Of a stretch of DNA of 64,000 nt, positions 21,297 to 31,290 are shown one piece after another (position 1 is the first letter of the stretch; every line of letters begins with the position of its first letter). A program made the translations under genes and the position numbers. The notes beneath the pieces are model-generated. The model was not told the DNA's origin. It saw nothing but the letters and a program-made list of their open reading frames with translations, and did not search any database. This stretch comes from an uncultured Bacilli bacterium (GTDB lineage: Bacteria > Bacillota_I > Bacilli_A > RF39 > UBA660), in NCBI GenBank assembly GCA_934162425.1, contig CAKPIS010000007.1:1128-65127 (forward strand). The letters run 5' to 3'.

Positions 21297-22553
21297 TTAA
21301 TTACCTTTTTTTAAAATAAGACTAACAGCTTTCATAACAGCTAATTTACCATACTGATAAGTAATACTTCCTTGTTGATAAGCTATAAAAGGAGGTCTTA
21401 CAGGTCCGTCACAAGAAAGTTCAATAGAAGAGCCTTGCGTAAAAGAACCCGATGCCATAACTACTTTATCAGAGTATCCTGGCATATTGTAAGGTACTGG
21501 TTTTGAAAAAGAATCTATAGGTGATGCACTTTGAATACCTACGCAATAATTAACTAAGTCTTTTTCATTTCCAAATATTATATTTTGAACAATATCTGCT
21601 CTTTTATCATTATATTTTGGTTCAACACTATATCCTAAACTTTCTAATACTTTACTTGTTAAAACAGCTGTTTTAAGAGCTGATGCAACTACACTTGGTG
21701 CATTAAAAATACCTTGTAATATAGCTTTATTTATTCCAAGAGAAGGACCAACTTCTCTTCCTTCACCTGGAAGTGTTAATCTTTCACCTGCTAAATTTAC
21801 TAATCTTTTTTTACCAGCTATATAAGCTCCATTAGGAGCTATTCCTCCACCTAAATTCTTAATTAAAGAACCTACTATAATATCTGCTCCAACTTCTAAT
21901 GGAGTTTTATCTTCAACAAATTCACAATAACAATTATCTACCATTATTATTATATCTTTATCTATTTTTCTTATTAATTTAATTACCTTTTCTACTTTTT
22001 CTATTACAACACTTTTTCTAGTAGAATAACCCTTACTTCTTTGAATTTCAATTAATTTAACTTTATTATTTTTAATAAATTCTTCTATTTTATCATAATC
22101 AAAATCATTATCTTTTAAATCAATTTCATGATATTTAATGTTAAATGCTTTAAGCGAACTTTCATTTTCCTTAATACCTATAACTTCATGAAGGGTATCA
22201 TATGGCGTTCCAGTTATACTAAGCATTATATCTTTTGGTCTTAAATAAGAAAATAAAGCAACACAAAGTGCATGAGAACCTGATATAAACTGTGATCTAA
22301 CTAAAGCAGACTCAGCTCCTAAAATACTTGCAAAAACATCTTCTATCTTATCACGACCTATATCATCATAACCATACCCCGTTGTACTATTAAAATGAGC
22401 TTCTGATATCTTATTATCATTAAAAGCTTTAAGTACCTTTAAACTATTTATATCACACATATTATCTATTTCTTCAAACTGTTTTTTTATTTTACCTTCT
22501 TCATCCAATACTATCTTTCTAGCTTCATCACTTATTCCAAACAAATTATACAT
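21297..22553 (-). CDS. aluminium-resistance / methionine gamma-lyase-like PLP-dependent protein (YnbB family)
   Basis: 418 aa; GYGYDDIGRDK..E.VFA...GAE.ALVR.QF.SG(S/T)HA pattern. Confidence 0.7.
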   Translation of the reverse strand: MYNLFGISDEARKIVLDEEGKIKKQFEEIDNMCDINSLKVLKAFNDNKISEAHFNSTTGYGYDDIGRDKIEDVFASILGAESALVRSQFISGSHALCVALFSYLRPKDIMLSITGTPYDTLHEVIGIKENESSLKAFNIKYHEIDLKDNDFDYDKIEEFIKNNKVKLIEIQRSKGYSTRKSVVIEKVEKVIKLIRKIDKDIIIMVDNCYCEFVEDKTPLEVGADIIVGSLIKNLGGGIAPNGAYIAGKKRLVNLAGERLTLPGEGREVGPSLGINKAILQGIFNAPSVVASALKTAVLTSKVLESLGYSVEPKYNDKRADIVQNIIFGNEKDLVNYCVGIQSASPIDSFSKPVPYNMPGYSDKVVMASGSFTQGSSIELSCDGPVRPPFIAYQQGSITYQYGKLAVMKAVSLILKKGN

Positions 22554-22578
22554 AATAACTCCTTCTTAATTATAATTT

Positions 22579-23046
22579 CTATATTATTTTACAAACATCA
22601 ACCCATTTTTCATACTTAACTATTTTTTCTAATGTGTCTTTATCTAATTTTATGGCACTATTTGAAGAACCACAAGCTGGATAAAAGTATTCTAAACTCT
22701 TAAGTGTTTCATCTAAATATATCTTAACATTATCATTTACTCCAAAAGGACATACTCCTCCAGCTTTATGACCGATTATTTCTTCAACCATATCATACGA
22801 AACCATTTTAGCCTTCTTATGAAACTCTTTCTTATATTTACTATTATCTATTTTAGCATCTCCTCTTACAACTATTATTATAGGATTATCATCCACTAAA
22901 AAAGATAAAGTTTTAGCTATATCTTTTTCTAAACAACCTATAGCATGAGCTGCCTCTTTAACAGTTGCAGATGATTCATCAAATTCCATTATTTTATCAT
23001 CTAAATTATACTTCTTTAAATATTCTTTCGCTTTAATAATTGACAT
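22579..23046 (-). CDS. YbaK/EbsC family aminoacyl-tRNA editing (deacylase) protein
   Basis: 155 aa; KTL.F...., GGVCPFG motif. Confidence 0.7.
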   Translation of the reverse strand: MSIIKAKEYLKKYNLDDKIMEFDESSATVKEAAHAIGCLEKDIAKTLSFLVDDNPIIIVVRGDAKIDNSKYKKEFHKKAKMVSYDMVEEIIGHKAGGVCPFGVNDNVKIYLDETLKSLEYFYPACGSSNSAIKLDKDTLEKIVKYEKWVDVCKII

Positions 23047-23061
23047 TATAACAAACTCCTT

Positions 23062-23802
23062 TTATAAATGATTACATCCACCATCTACTCTTAATACTTC
23101 ACCTGTTATATAACTAGCATCATCACTTGCTAAAAAATTTATAGCTTTAGCAATTTCTTCTGGTTTTGCAAATCTTTTTAAGTATATTTTATCACATTCT
23201 TCTTTTATATAAGAAGAATCTAATTCTTTATTCATTTCAGTATCTACCCAACCAGGTGCTACAGCATTTACTCTTATATTTGGTGCATAATGCTTAGCTA
23301 AATTATGAGTAAGTGATACTAAACCAGCTTTAGATGCATCATAATCTAAACTATACTCATAATATGTATCTAGTGCATTTGTTGAAGATACATTTATAAT
23401 ACTTCCAAAGCCTTGTTTTAACATATAATTTCCAACTTCCCTTGAAAGAATAAAAGGACCAATCAAATTAACATTTAATATCTTTTTAAAATTTTCTATT
23501 TTTTTATCATCAAAAGTTGTATCTATTGCAATTCCTGCATTATTTACCAAAACATCTATATTTCCATAATTATCAATTATACTGTTTACCATGCCTTTTA
23601 CACCATCTTCACTTGATACATTACATTTACATAGCATTACATCTACATCATAGTTTTCCACAATATAACTTTTTAAGTTTTTTGCACTTTCATCATCATT
23701 AACATAATTAATTACTATATTATATCCATGTTTTGCAAACTCTAATGAAGTTGCTTTACCTATTCCTCTTGATCCACCTGTAATAAGTACTGTTTTTTTC
23801 AT
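23062..23802 (-). CDS. short-chain dehydrogenase/reductase, FabG-like
   Basis: TGGSRGIG cofactor motif, NNAG, YxxxK (YDASK). Confidence 0.8.
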   Translation of the reverse strand: MKKTVLITGGSRGIGKATSLEFAKHGYNIVINYVNDDESAKNLKSYIVENYDVDVMLCKCNVSSEDGVKGMVNSIIDNYGNIDVLVNNAGIAIDTTFDDKKIENFKKILNVNLIGPFILSREVGNYMLKQGFGSIINVSSTNALDTYYEYSLDYDASKAGLVSLTHNLAKHYAPNIRVNAVAPGWVDTEMNKELDSSYIKEECDKIYLKRFAKPEEIAKAINFLASDDASYITGEVLRVDGGCNHL

Positions 23803-24102
23803 ATATATCACATCCTAATCATTATTATTCTTTTTAAACTTTACTTTCCTCTATTATATTATCATTATTAAAATTATATTGATAAGAATTATAACAAAAA
23901 CTATCAATTATCAAGTATTTAATTATCTTATTGATATATAATACATTAGTTCCTTTCATATATAATATCACAACAAACTATTGTTTACAATTGAATATCA
24001 AAATTTTTTATTAACAAAACGCTTTAAATTTATTAAATCTTATTTTAAAAAGAAAAAATAGATAAATTTTGAAATAATCAATTTTTATCTATTTTTAAAT
24101 GA

Positions 24103-24648
24103 TTAACTATCTTGAAGTATTATTTGACCATCTTTAATTGGTATATTTGGAAAACTTGCATCTGTTAATGTAAAGTTTCTAACTGGTGCTATAGGATTTT
24201 CTATTTCTATTATTTGAGATTTTTCAGTCATTATAATTGATTTAACTGTATCATCAAATGTATGACCACCATCACTTGATATTTGTTTATAATATATTGC
24301 AGGACTTCCTGATGGAGCAAATGGTACATTTTCAAATACAGCATTACCATCTTGATTAGTAGTAATTTCATTACCAACTATTGTTCCAGTACTATCAGTT
24401 CTAATAAATTTTGCTCCAACTATTTGAACCCCTGTATCTGGATTTCCAGTGTCTGTTACATGAAGTGTTAAAATTCCTTTAGCACTTATGGTAAAAGCAT
24501 ATGTATCTGTCCCATCTATAATTGTTACACTTTGAGGATTTAGTGTTGATGCATCATATCCATCAGCTAATGCAGTAGCATTATATGTTCCTGTAACAAG
24601 TTCAATACTTCCTTTACCATTTGTTATTGGTATTGTGTGTCTTGCCAT
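24103..24648 (-). CDS. hypothetical protein with Cna-B/SpaA-like (prealbumin-fold) repeat pattern, no signal peptide
   Basis: 181 aa; ...VTDTGNPDTGVQIVGAKF...TTNQDGNAVFENVP... resembles Ig-like adhesin modules; GGAGG precedes the ATG. Confidence 0.5.
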   Translation of the reverse strand: MARHTIPITNGKGSIELVTGTYNATALADGYDASTLNPQSVTIIDGTDTYAFTISAKGILTLHVTDTGNPDTGVQIVGAKFIRTDSTGTIVGNEITTNQDGNAVFENVPFAPSGSPAIYYKQISSDGGHTFDDTVKSIIMTEKSQIIEIENPIAPVRNFTLTDASFPNIPIKDGQIILQDS

Positions 24649-24983
24649 AATATCATCTTACCTCCTTCTATTTTTATATTTGGATTATATTTATCCATTA
24701 ACATAACTGTAATAAGATGTTTTTTTTCTTTATTACCGCTAATATTTATGCAATAAACCTCATTCTTTTTTGCTATTAAAGGTATTCTTACTATTGATAA
24801 ATTAGAATATATAATTAACTTATATACCATATTATCACATACTGGTATTTTTACCTTTCCAAAATTATCTGTTTTTCCATCAAAAACAATCTTATTACAT
24901 TTATTTATTAGTTTAATTTTTAAATTACTAGGACTTATACTAAAATTACCGTAAAGCTTAATATAAATATAATCTTTTTTCAT
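24624..24983 (-). CDS. hypothetical small beta-rich protein
   Basis: 119 aa; GKTDNFGKVKIPV..YKL carboxypeptidase-regulatory-like pattern; 25-nt overlap with the next ORF. Confidence 0.4.
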   Translation of the reverse strand: MKKDYIYIKLYGNFSISPSNLKIKLINKCNKIVFDGKTDNFGKVKIPVCDNMVYKLIIYSNLSIVRIPLIAKKNEVYCINISGNKEKKHLITVMLMDKYNPNIKIEGGKMILWQDTQYQ

Positions 24984-25037
24984 ATTTCACCTCATTACAA
25001 TATATTTTTTGAATCATTTTACTTTCTTTAATAGGCA

Positions 25038-26903
25038 TTATTCTTCAACACTCCAAATAATTAAAGTAGAATAATCTTCATCTTCAAGCAAATCTTTACT
25101 TGGTTTTAGAAATAATCCCTTATCAGTAGAAAAGGTAACATTACTTACACTTACATTTCCACCATTATCGCTTGATTCATATATTAACTTTTTATTTGTT
25201 TTCAAAAGAATTTCTTCATTATCAAACTTTTTAAAAAATAACGAATCTATTAGTACTTTACCACTATTTTCAATCATTGGATTTATATAATTTATATATA
25301 ATTTCCAATTTGAACTATTTACTCTACTATCAATTATAGTTACTACTGTTTCTTTTTGTTTTTTTAGAATAATTGGTTTAGTCGAAGAAGGAATCATACT
25401 AAAAGGAATGTTATCTGTTACTTTTAGCAAGGTTAATTCTCCATTAAAAGGTGTAGTAATTATTTTTTCAGTAAAACAGCTATTTAAACAAGAAGTTATT
25501 TTAACTCTTTTATCATTTGGAATAATAGAATCAATATCAGCTTCAAATAAACCATTTTCATCTGATGATGCTATTAAGCTTTTATTATCATATTCTATTT
25601 TCACATTAGCAAAAGGTATTGTATGCCCTGAAATTGTATTTGTAGTGTTTAAAATTGGATGAACATTTATCTTTAATAATCCTATTGTTAGTATTTTTTT
25701 ATTTTGAAGAGAAAAACTATTTATATCAGGCAAATAATTTAACTCATCATCTGTAAAATTATGAGATGTAATAGTAGTAGTATCTTTATTTAATACGCCT
25801 GTTATTTTAGCTGGTATATTTTCTTTAAACCAATAAAGTGCAGGAGCATCATCAAGCAAACAAGCTAAAGTATAATCAAGAGCATATATCCACATATTAA
25901 TTCTTGTAAATTTAAATGAAAAATCAACAGGATTATTTGTATATATAACATTTGCATTTTTAGTATAAATCTTTACATATTTTGGATTATCTATTATAAA
26001 TTTTTGATTTGTACCCTTAAAATAAATATTATAATTATCAGATGGTGTAGTCATGTATGTATTTAGCACCGAAAGAGATGCTCCTTCTTTAACTATAAAA
26101 TCTCCAAATATATTCCACATTGGAACTCTTTGATGACTTTTTTCAATAAAGGTAAAATTAGACATTTCTTCTACTAAAACATTTCTAGCTCCATGTGTTG
26201 TTGTTTTAGCAAATCCATTACCAGTAGTTAAAAGAAATTCTGAACCATGTCCTACTATTAAATCAAGTCTATTTGTTCCATTCATAAACTCTTTTTCGGT
26301 TGTAATATTTACTTTGCTATTAGGCATAATTTTAACTGACGAGGGTATAACATCATTAAAGAAAAAAATCATATTAGTATTTGATGAGCTTGATATTGTT
26401 GTATTTCCATCTATTATAATTCTATTTGAATCACAAACCCTTTGTGCAGAAACATTATTGGTATCTTTTACTTCTATAACAGAATCTATAATTTTAGTTT
26501 TACCATAATAATTACATGAAAGTTCTATCCCATTAAAATTTATATTATTATACTCTACTTCTACATTAGAATAATTCGGATGAGATGGAACATATATAAC
26601 TCCATAGCCATGTGAAGAAACTATATTCATATTTTTTAGCATGACCTTCTTATTTGTTGTACTTACCTTTATAACTTCTTCTTCTAAACTTAAGTTATTT
26701 GTATAAGTATATCTTGTACCGTCAAATGTTCCATCAATTATCACTTTACTTTTATTGTTATTTATTATAAAACCACTTGTAGATATAATATCACTTCCTA
26801 AATAAATATAGTCATAACCGTTATCTTCACTTATAGCTTGTCTTAATTCATCACTAGTTTTAACAACAACAGTATTATTATTTATTATTTGAATATTTAT
26901 CAC
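25038..26903 (-). CDS. large beta-helix-like protein with a WxL-like C-terminal domain, no signal peptide
   Basis: 621 aa. N-terminal TSDELRQAI....YIYLGSDI...IIDG resembles pectate-lyase-like adhesive domains. C-terminal ...IIDSRVNSSNWKL... and final ...YSTLIIWSVEE resemble the two WxL motifs. Start uncertain (GTG abuts the RBS). Confidence 0.5.
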   Translation of the reverse strand: MINIQIINNNTVVVKTSDELRQAISEDNGYDYIYLGSDIISTSGFIINNNKSKVIIDGTFDGTRYTYTNNLSLEEEVIKVSTTNKKVMLKNMNIVSSHGYGVIYVPSHPNYSNVEVEYNNINFNGIELSCNYYGKTKIIDSVIEVKDTNNVSAQRVCDSNRIIIDGNTTISSSSNTNMIFFFNDVIPSSVKIMPNSKVNITTEKEFMNGTNRLDLIVGHGSEFLLTTGNGFAKTTTHGARNVLVEEMSNFTFIEKSHQRVPMWNIFGDFIVKEGASLSVLNTYMTTPSDNYNIYFKGTNQKFIIDNPKYVKIYTKNANVIYTNNPVDFSFKFTRINMWIYALDYTLACLLDDAPALYWFKENIPAKITGVLNKDTTTITSHNFTDDELNYLPDINSFSLQNKKILTIGLLKINVHPILNTTNTISGHTIPFANVKIEYDNKSLIASSDENGLFEADIDSIIPNDKRVKITSCLNSCFTEKIITTPFNGELTLLKVTDNIPFSMIPSSTKPIILKKQKETVVTIIDSRVNSSNWKLYINYINPMIENSGKVLIDSLFFKKFDNEEILLKTNKKLIYESSDNGGNVSVSNVTFSTDKGLFLKPSKDLLEDEDYSTLIIWSVEE

Positions 26904-26971
26904 CTTCCTTTACGATAATATATGATAAAATTTAAATATTAAATAATTAAAAAGAATAGAGTTTTCTATTC

Positions 26972-28087
26972 TTAATGTATTTTTGTAACGTTTAACATTG
27001 CGTTAGTACTACCATTAAAGCTTATATCAACAGTTTTAGATGATTTAACATTTAATGAAATAAGATCATTTGATTGTAATGAACAAATTGTTGTTCCACT
27101 TATGCTGTTAATCATTTGAGCACTAAATTCACTAGTTACACTTGTAGCTGGCACTAATAAATTGTTTGTCCTAACAGACATAGTTAATGAACATTCTTCA
27201 TTTGTTGCACCGCTCAATAAGTAAGATACTAAATATACACCATTTTCTTTTATTTTTATAGAATTATTATCAGGGTATTCAGTAAGAAATGCAGTGCCTT
27301 TTTCAGGAAGTGGAATTATTGTATCAATACCTTGAGGTAAGTTAATTTGTGTGTCAGTCATTAAATATCTGATTCCATATGAAGATATAAATTCTGTCCC
27401 AGCAGGCCCTGCAGGACCTTGTGGTCCTCTTTCTCCAGTTTCTCCTTTTTCTCCTTTTTCTCCTTTTGGAATTAAAAAAGACAAATGATGAACCCAATTT
27501 TCGAATGTATCCATAACTTGCGCTGCTTCGCCTGGCTCTAAAGTTTCTGTTTCATCTATAGCTATGTGCTCTGTTCTTCCTATTTCTCCTGGAAGTCCTC
27601 TTGGTCCAATGTCTCCTTTTTCTCCTTTTTCTCCTTTTGGTATTTTAAAATCTAAAACCACATCAACAGGTGTTCCAACATTTACAACATCTGCTTCTTC
27701 GGCTGGTTCTATTGTTTCTACATTTCCAATTTGAATAGTAGATGGACCAGGATCGCCCTTTTCTCCTTTTATTCCCTGTGGACCTATATCACCCTTATCA
27801 CCCTTAGGTCCTTGAATTCCTTGAGGACCAATTTTCCCATCAAGTCCTTGCTCTCCTTTTGGTATTTTAAAATTTAAAATGACATCAACAGGTGTTCCTA
27901 CATTTTCTACTTTAGCTTTTTCAAAAGAGTCTATTGTTTCTGTAATTCCAACCTCTATACTTGCTGGTCCTTGAATTCCTCGTTCTCCCTTTTCTCCTTT
28001 AGGACCTCTTATATAACAAAACTTATATTTTTTTCTTTCTTCTTCTATTTTTTTTCTTATCTTCTCATAATCATTACAATTATTCAT
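26972..28087 (-). CDS. collagen-like protein with four short G-X-Y tracts, three repeated globular inserts and a BclA/C1q-like C-terminal domain
   Basis: 371 aa. G-X-Y runs such as GEQGLDGKIGPQGIQGPKGDKGDIGPQGIKGEKGDPGP. Repeated module I.(V/I)G..ETI.....A.V.NVGTPVDV.L.FKIPKGE.G. About 140-aa beta-rich tail. Confidence 0.8.
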   Translation of the reverse strand: MNNCNDYEKIRKKIEEERKKYKFCYIRGPKGEKGERGIQGPASIEVGITETIDSFEKAKVENVGTPVDVILNFKIPKGEQGLDGKIGPQGIQGPKGDKGDIGPQGIKGEKGDPGPSTIQIGNVETIEPAEEADVVNVGTPVDVVLDFKIPKGEKGEKGDIGPRGLPGEIGRTEHIAIDETETLEPGEAAQVMDTFENWVHHLSFLIPKGEKGEKGETGERGPQGPAGPAGTEFISSYGIRYLMTDTQINLPQGIDTIIPLPEKGTAFLTEYPDNNSIKIKENGVYLVSYLLSGATNEECSLTMSVRTNNLLVPATSVTSEFSAQMINSISGTTICSLQSNDLISLNVKSSKTVDISFNGSTNAMLNVTKIH

Positions 28088-28321
28088 TATATATCCCCCT
28101 AACTTAATATATTGAATTATTTTTTAATTCTATTATAATTTATGAAAGTACTTTTTAATTGCATAATGAATACATAATAAAAATACTTTAGTTAGAAATT
28201 AAAACAAAAGAACAAAAATTAAAATTTTTATTTAAAATAGGTCATCACCGATTCCACCATTCCTACTTCTTATATAAAGTAATCTTTATTATTAATAGGT
28301 TTAAATTACTTTTTAATCAAA

Positions 28322-28350
28322 AAGAACAGTTTGTTTTATTAACTGTTCTT
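28322..28350 (-). terminator. hairpin terminator (usable on both strands)
   Basis: AAGAACAGTT-N9-AACTGTTCTT with flanking A/T runs. Confidence 0.45.
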
Positions 28351-28380
28351 TATTAAAATTTTAATAATAATCCACTATTT

Positions 28381-28690
28381 AATAATAAATTCAGCAGATA
28401 CATAAAAAGTTTCATATGATCTATCTTTCTTATCTATACCAATACTTTTTATAATTCTATAATTTTCTGGAGTTAATTTACTATATTTCATAATCACTAT
28501 CATTTTTTAAAATTAATGTTACCCCTTTATTTGTTAATGTTTTATCTTTAATGGATAATGATCCTTCTTTTTCTAAAATCTTAATATTAGATACTTTCCC
28601 AATATAAAAATTATTTTTATATTTTGTGTAACCTACTAAACTAAACATAATAAAGTAACATACTAAAATACTTATAATTATTTTCTACAT
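28381..28690 (-). pseudogene. decayed small secreted-protein gene (stop at codon 2 and one frameshift)
   Basis: Own reading: ATG-TAG then open KIIISILVCYFIMFSLVGYTKYKNNFYIGKVSNIKILEKEGSLSIKDKTLTNKGVTLILKNDSDYEI*. It continues in another frame as (M)KYSKLTPENYRIIKSIGIDKKDRSYETFYVSAEFIIK*. Confidence 0.3.
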
Positions 28691-28696
28691 AAGCTA

Positions 28697-29716
28697 TTAT
28701 ATCTTCTTTTGATTATTTTTTATCCACCAAATAGTATCTTTTATCGTGTCTTTTATATCTCTATTTTTAAAACCCAACTCTTTTTTAGCTTTCCTATTAC
28801 TAAAATTAGCATTAGAAGATAATGTGTATAAAGAATATCTTGTAAAAAGTGGAGTCTGTTTTTTTATATTATAATATATCTCAAATAAAGGAGCTACTAA
28901 TTTTGCAATCCAAATTGGTAATACTAATTTAATTCTTTTTCTTTCTTGCACATCGCATATTAAATCAGTTAATTGTTTAATTGTTATATATTTATTAGAT
29001 AAGATGTAACACTCACCTTTTATACCTCTTTCACAGGCACTAATAATACCATCTGCAACATCTCTAACATCAACAAAATCATATCCTCCACTTACACTAA
29101 CTAGTAACTTGTCATTTAACACTTCCTTAACTAACCAAGTTAAATGACTATTACCATAATCATTAGGTCCAATAATTCCAGAGGGATGAATAATACAAGC
29201 ATTCAAGTTTTTAGTTTTTACTAATTTCATAACATACTTTGCAGCTTCTGATTTTGTTTTTGCATATAAGCCTTTAACATTATTAGGATCAAAATCAGTT
29301 ATCTCCTTTATCAAACCTTTATTTGGTTTTTCAGGGATTGCATGAACACTACTAACATAAATGAGTTTTGCTTTTGACTCTAAAACTTTATCTACTATAT
29401 TTTTTGTACCATTTACATTAACATCATATACAAAACCATTATATTTAGATTTTATATATACAATTGCGGCGCAATGAATTACAAACACTTCTTTATCATC
29501 AGTGTTTTCAAAAACTGATGATAAAGTATCTTTTTTAGTTACATCTCCATAATATATTTTACAGTTTAGATTTTCCAGTGATTTTATAGAATCTCCTTTT
29601 AAAACAAAAGCTCTTATCTCAGTATCATTGTCATGATTCAATCTTCTTATAATATTATTACCTAAAAAACCATTTGCCCCAGTTATAATATAAATCTTTT
29701 TCAAAATATTATTCAC
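28697..29716 (-). CDS. NAD-dependent epimerase/dehydratase family protein
   Basis: 339 aa; N-terminal ITGANGFLG Rossmann motif, YAKTK (YxxxK). Confidence 0.8.
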   Translation of the reverse strand: MNNILKKIYIITGANGFLGNNIIRRLNHDNDTEIRAFVLKGDSIKSLENLNCKIYYGDVTKKDTLSSVFENTDDKEVFVIHCAAIVYIKSKYNGFVYDVNVNGTKNIVDKVLESKAKLIYVSSVHAIPEKPNKGLIKEITDFDPNNVKGLYAKTKSEAAKYVMKLVKTKNLNACIIHPSGIIGPNDYGNSHLTWLVKEVLNDKLLVSVSGGYDFVDVRDVADGIISACERGIKGECYILSNKYITIKQLTDLICDVQERKRIKLVLPIWIAKLVAPLFEIYYNIKKQTPLFTRYSLYTLSSNANFSNRKAKKELGFKNRDIKDTIKDTIWWIKNNQKKI

Positions 29717-29829
29717 CTACCATTCTTTTAAAATATAATTATTCTTCTTAAATATATTATATCATGTAGAATATAAGTTAACAAATCAATTAAAGTAATA
29801 AAATACAAGAGCTGTAAATTCATATATTG

Positions 29830-30375
29830 TTATTGTGAAAAATCAACTTTAATATTTTCTCTTTTATTATCATCTAATTTAAATAATTCTTTTCTTTCAA
29901 AATTAAACATTTTTGCAACTATATTAGATGGAATAGTTTCAACTAAGTTATTATACGAAGTAACAGCGTTATTATAATCCATTCTTGCATTATTTAATTT
30001 ATTTTCTATTTCTTTTAGATTAGATTGTAAATCCAAGAAATTTTGATTAGCTTTTAAATCCGGATAACTTTCTGATATAGCCATTATATTTCCAAACTTT
30101 TTATCTAGTTTTTCAGTTTCATTAATACTAAAACCATCTTTGTTATATGAAGATCTTAATTTTGCTAGTTCTTCTAACGTTTCACTTTCATGCTTTGAAT
30201 ATCCTTTTACACATTCAATTAAATTTGGTAATAAATCAAACCTTTGATTTAATAATACATCTATAGCTGATGCACTTTGATTTACCCTATTATTTGTTCT
30301 TACAAAATGATTATAACTTGCAAGTATTATTCCAGTTATAATTATAACTACTATTAAACATACATTTATTATCAT
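29830..30375 (-). CDS. lemA: LemA family membrane protein
   Basis: N-terminal TM helix, ...RMDYNNAV..YN... LemA pattern; start set at the ATG after AAGGGGGG. Confidence 0.8.
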   Translation of the reverse strand: MIINVCLIVVIIITGIILASYNHFVRTNNRVNQSASAIDVLLNQRFDLLPNLIECVKGYSKHESETLEELAKLRSSYNKDGFSINETEKLDKKFGNIMAISESYPDLKANQNFLDLQSNLKEIENKLNNARMDYNNAVTSYNNLVETIPSNIVAKMFNFERKELFKLDDNKRENIKVDFSQ

Positions 30376-30388
30376 AATAATTCCCCCC

Positions 30389-31162
30389 TTACTTTGTCTC
30401 AATGGTTACCTTATTTACATAACCATTATCATCATAATCAAGTGATACTTCATAGTACTGAAGATTGTATCCATTAAAATCTTTTAAACTATTTTTTATA
30501 TTTTTAATATTTTCTACATCTGTTCCATATGAAGTTCCATCAAACACAACTTCTATTAATTTATCACTATTCTTTTTATTATTTTGCATTACTTCATCTA
30601 TTTCATGTGAAACTCCTGTACCAACTTGAGTTCCATCGTATGTTTCAAAAGAACTATTAAAACTATTTTTATTCATTTCTTCTTTATGTTTTTTAGATTC
30701 TTCTTCAAACTCATCATTTGCTTTTTGTATTTTATCTTCTATTTCTTTTTGTTTTTTCAAAGCATCTTCTTTTGTTTTTCTAGCCTCTTCTTTTATAGCA
30801 TCTTTCTTTTCTTTTATACTGTAAGCTACTCTATAAGTTAAAGTTGTAAGAGATGCTATAAATATAAGAATAAATATGTATAGTAAAAATTTTCTATTAC
30901 CACCACCATTTGTTTTTTTATTAGATTTTTCTTTTCTTACCTCTTCATTTTTATCATCTAAAAAGACTTCATCATTTGTAAGAGTATCAATACTAACATC
31001 AAATAACTTACTCATCAATGTTAATTTATCCATGTCAGGTCTTGATTGTCCAAGTTCCCATTTAGATACAGTTTGTCTTGTTACATCTAATTTTTCAGCA
31101 AGTCCTTCTTGTGATAAGAGATTTTGTTTTCTTAGTATAATAAGCTTTTCTTCGAATTTCAT
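30389..31162 (-). CDS. XRE-family HTH protein with TM helix and extracytoplasmic domain
   Basis: LRKQNLLSQEGLAEKLDVTRQTVSKWELGQSRP HTH; TM LLYIFILIFIASLTTL; start at the ATG after AAGGAGA. Confidence 0.7.
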   Translation of the reverse strand: MKFEEKLIILRKQNLLSQEGLAEKLDVTRQTVSKWELGQSRPDMDKLTLMSKLFDVSIDTLTNDEVFLDDKNEEVRKEKSNKKTNGGGNRKFLLYIFILIFIASLTTLTYRVAYSIKEKKDAIKEEARKTKEDALKKQKEIEDKIQKANDEFEEESKKHKEEMNKNSFNSSFETYDGTQVGTGVSHEIDEVMQNNKKNSDKLIEVVFDGTSYGTDVENIKNIKNSLKDFNGYNLQYYEVSLDYDDNGYVNKVTIETK

Positions 31163-31290
31163 ATAACACTTCTCCTTTTTTTCTTCTATTAAACCCAAAA
31201 ATGAATTTAATGCTAAAATATTATCATTTTTTAAATAGTTAGTCTAGCAACTATAGTTGGAATTTTGTCAATTTAAATTAACATTTATGC

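Noticed and set aside
24103-28087. A complete or remnant prophage around the collagen-like / beta-helix genes
   Set aside because: No integrase, terminase, capsid, portal, tape-measure, holin or att-like repeats are in the flanks. A phage-derived origin of the four genes remains possible and is discussed as an alternative in the findings.
28088-28200. Sigma-K-type promoter upstream of the collagen-like gene (CATAAATTA as CATA---TA)
   Set aside because: The -10-like string is present, but no AC -35 element lies at the required 16-17 nt spacing. It is too weak to call in AT-rich DNA.
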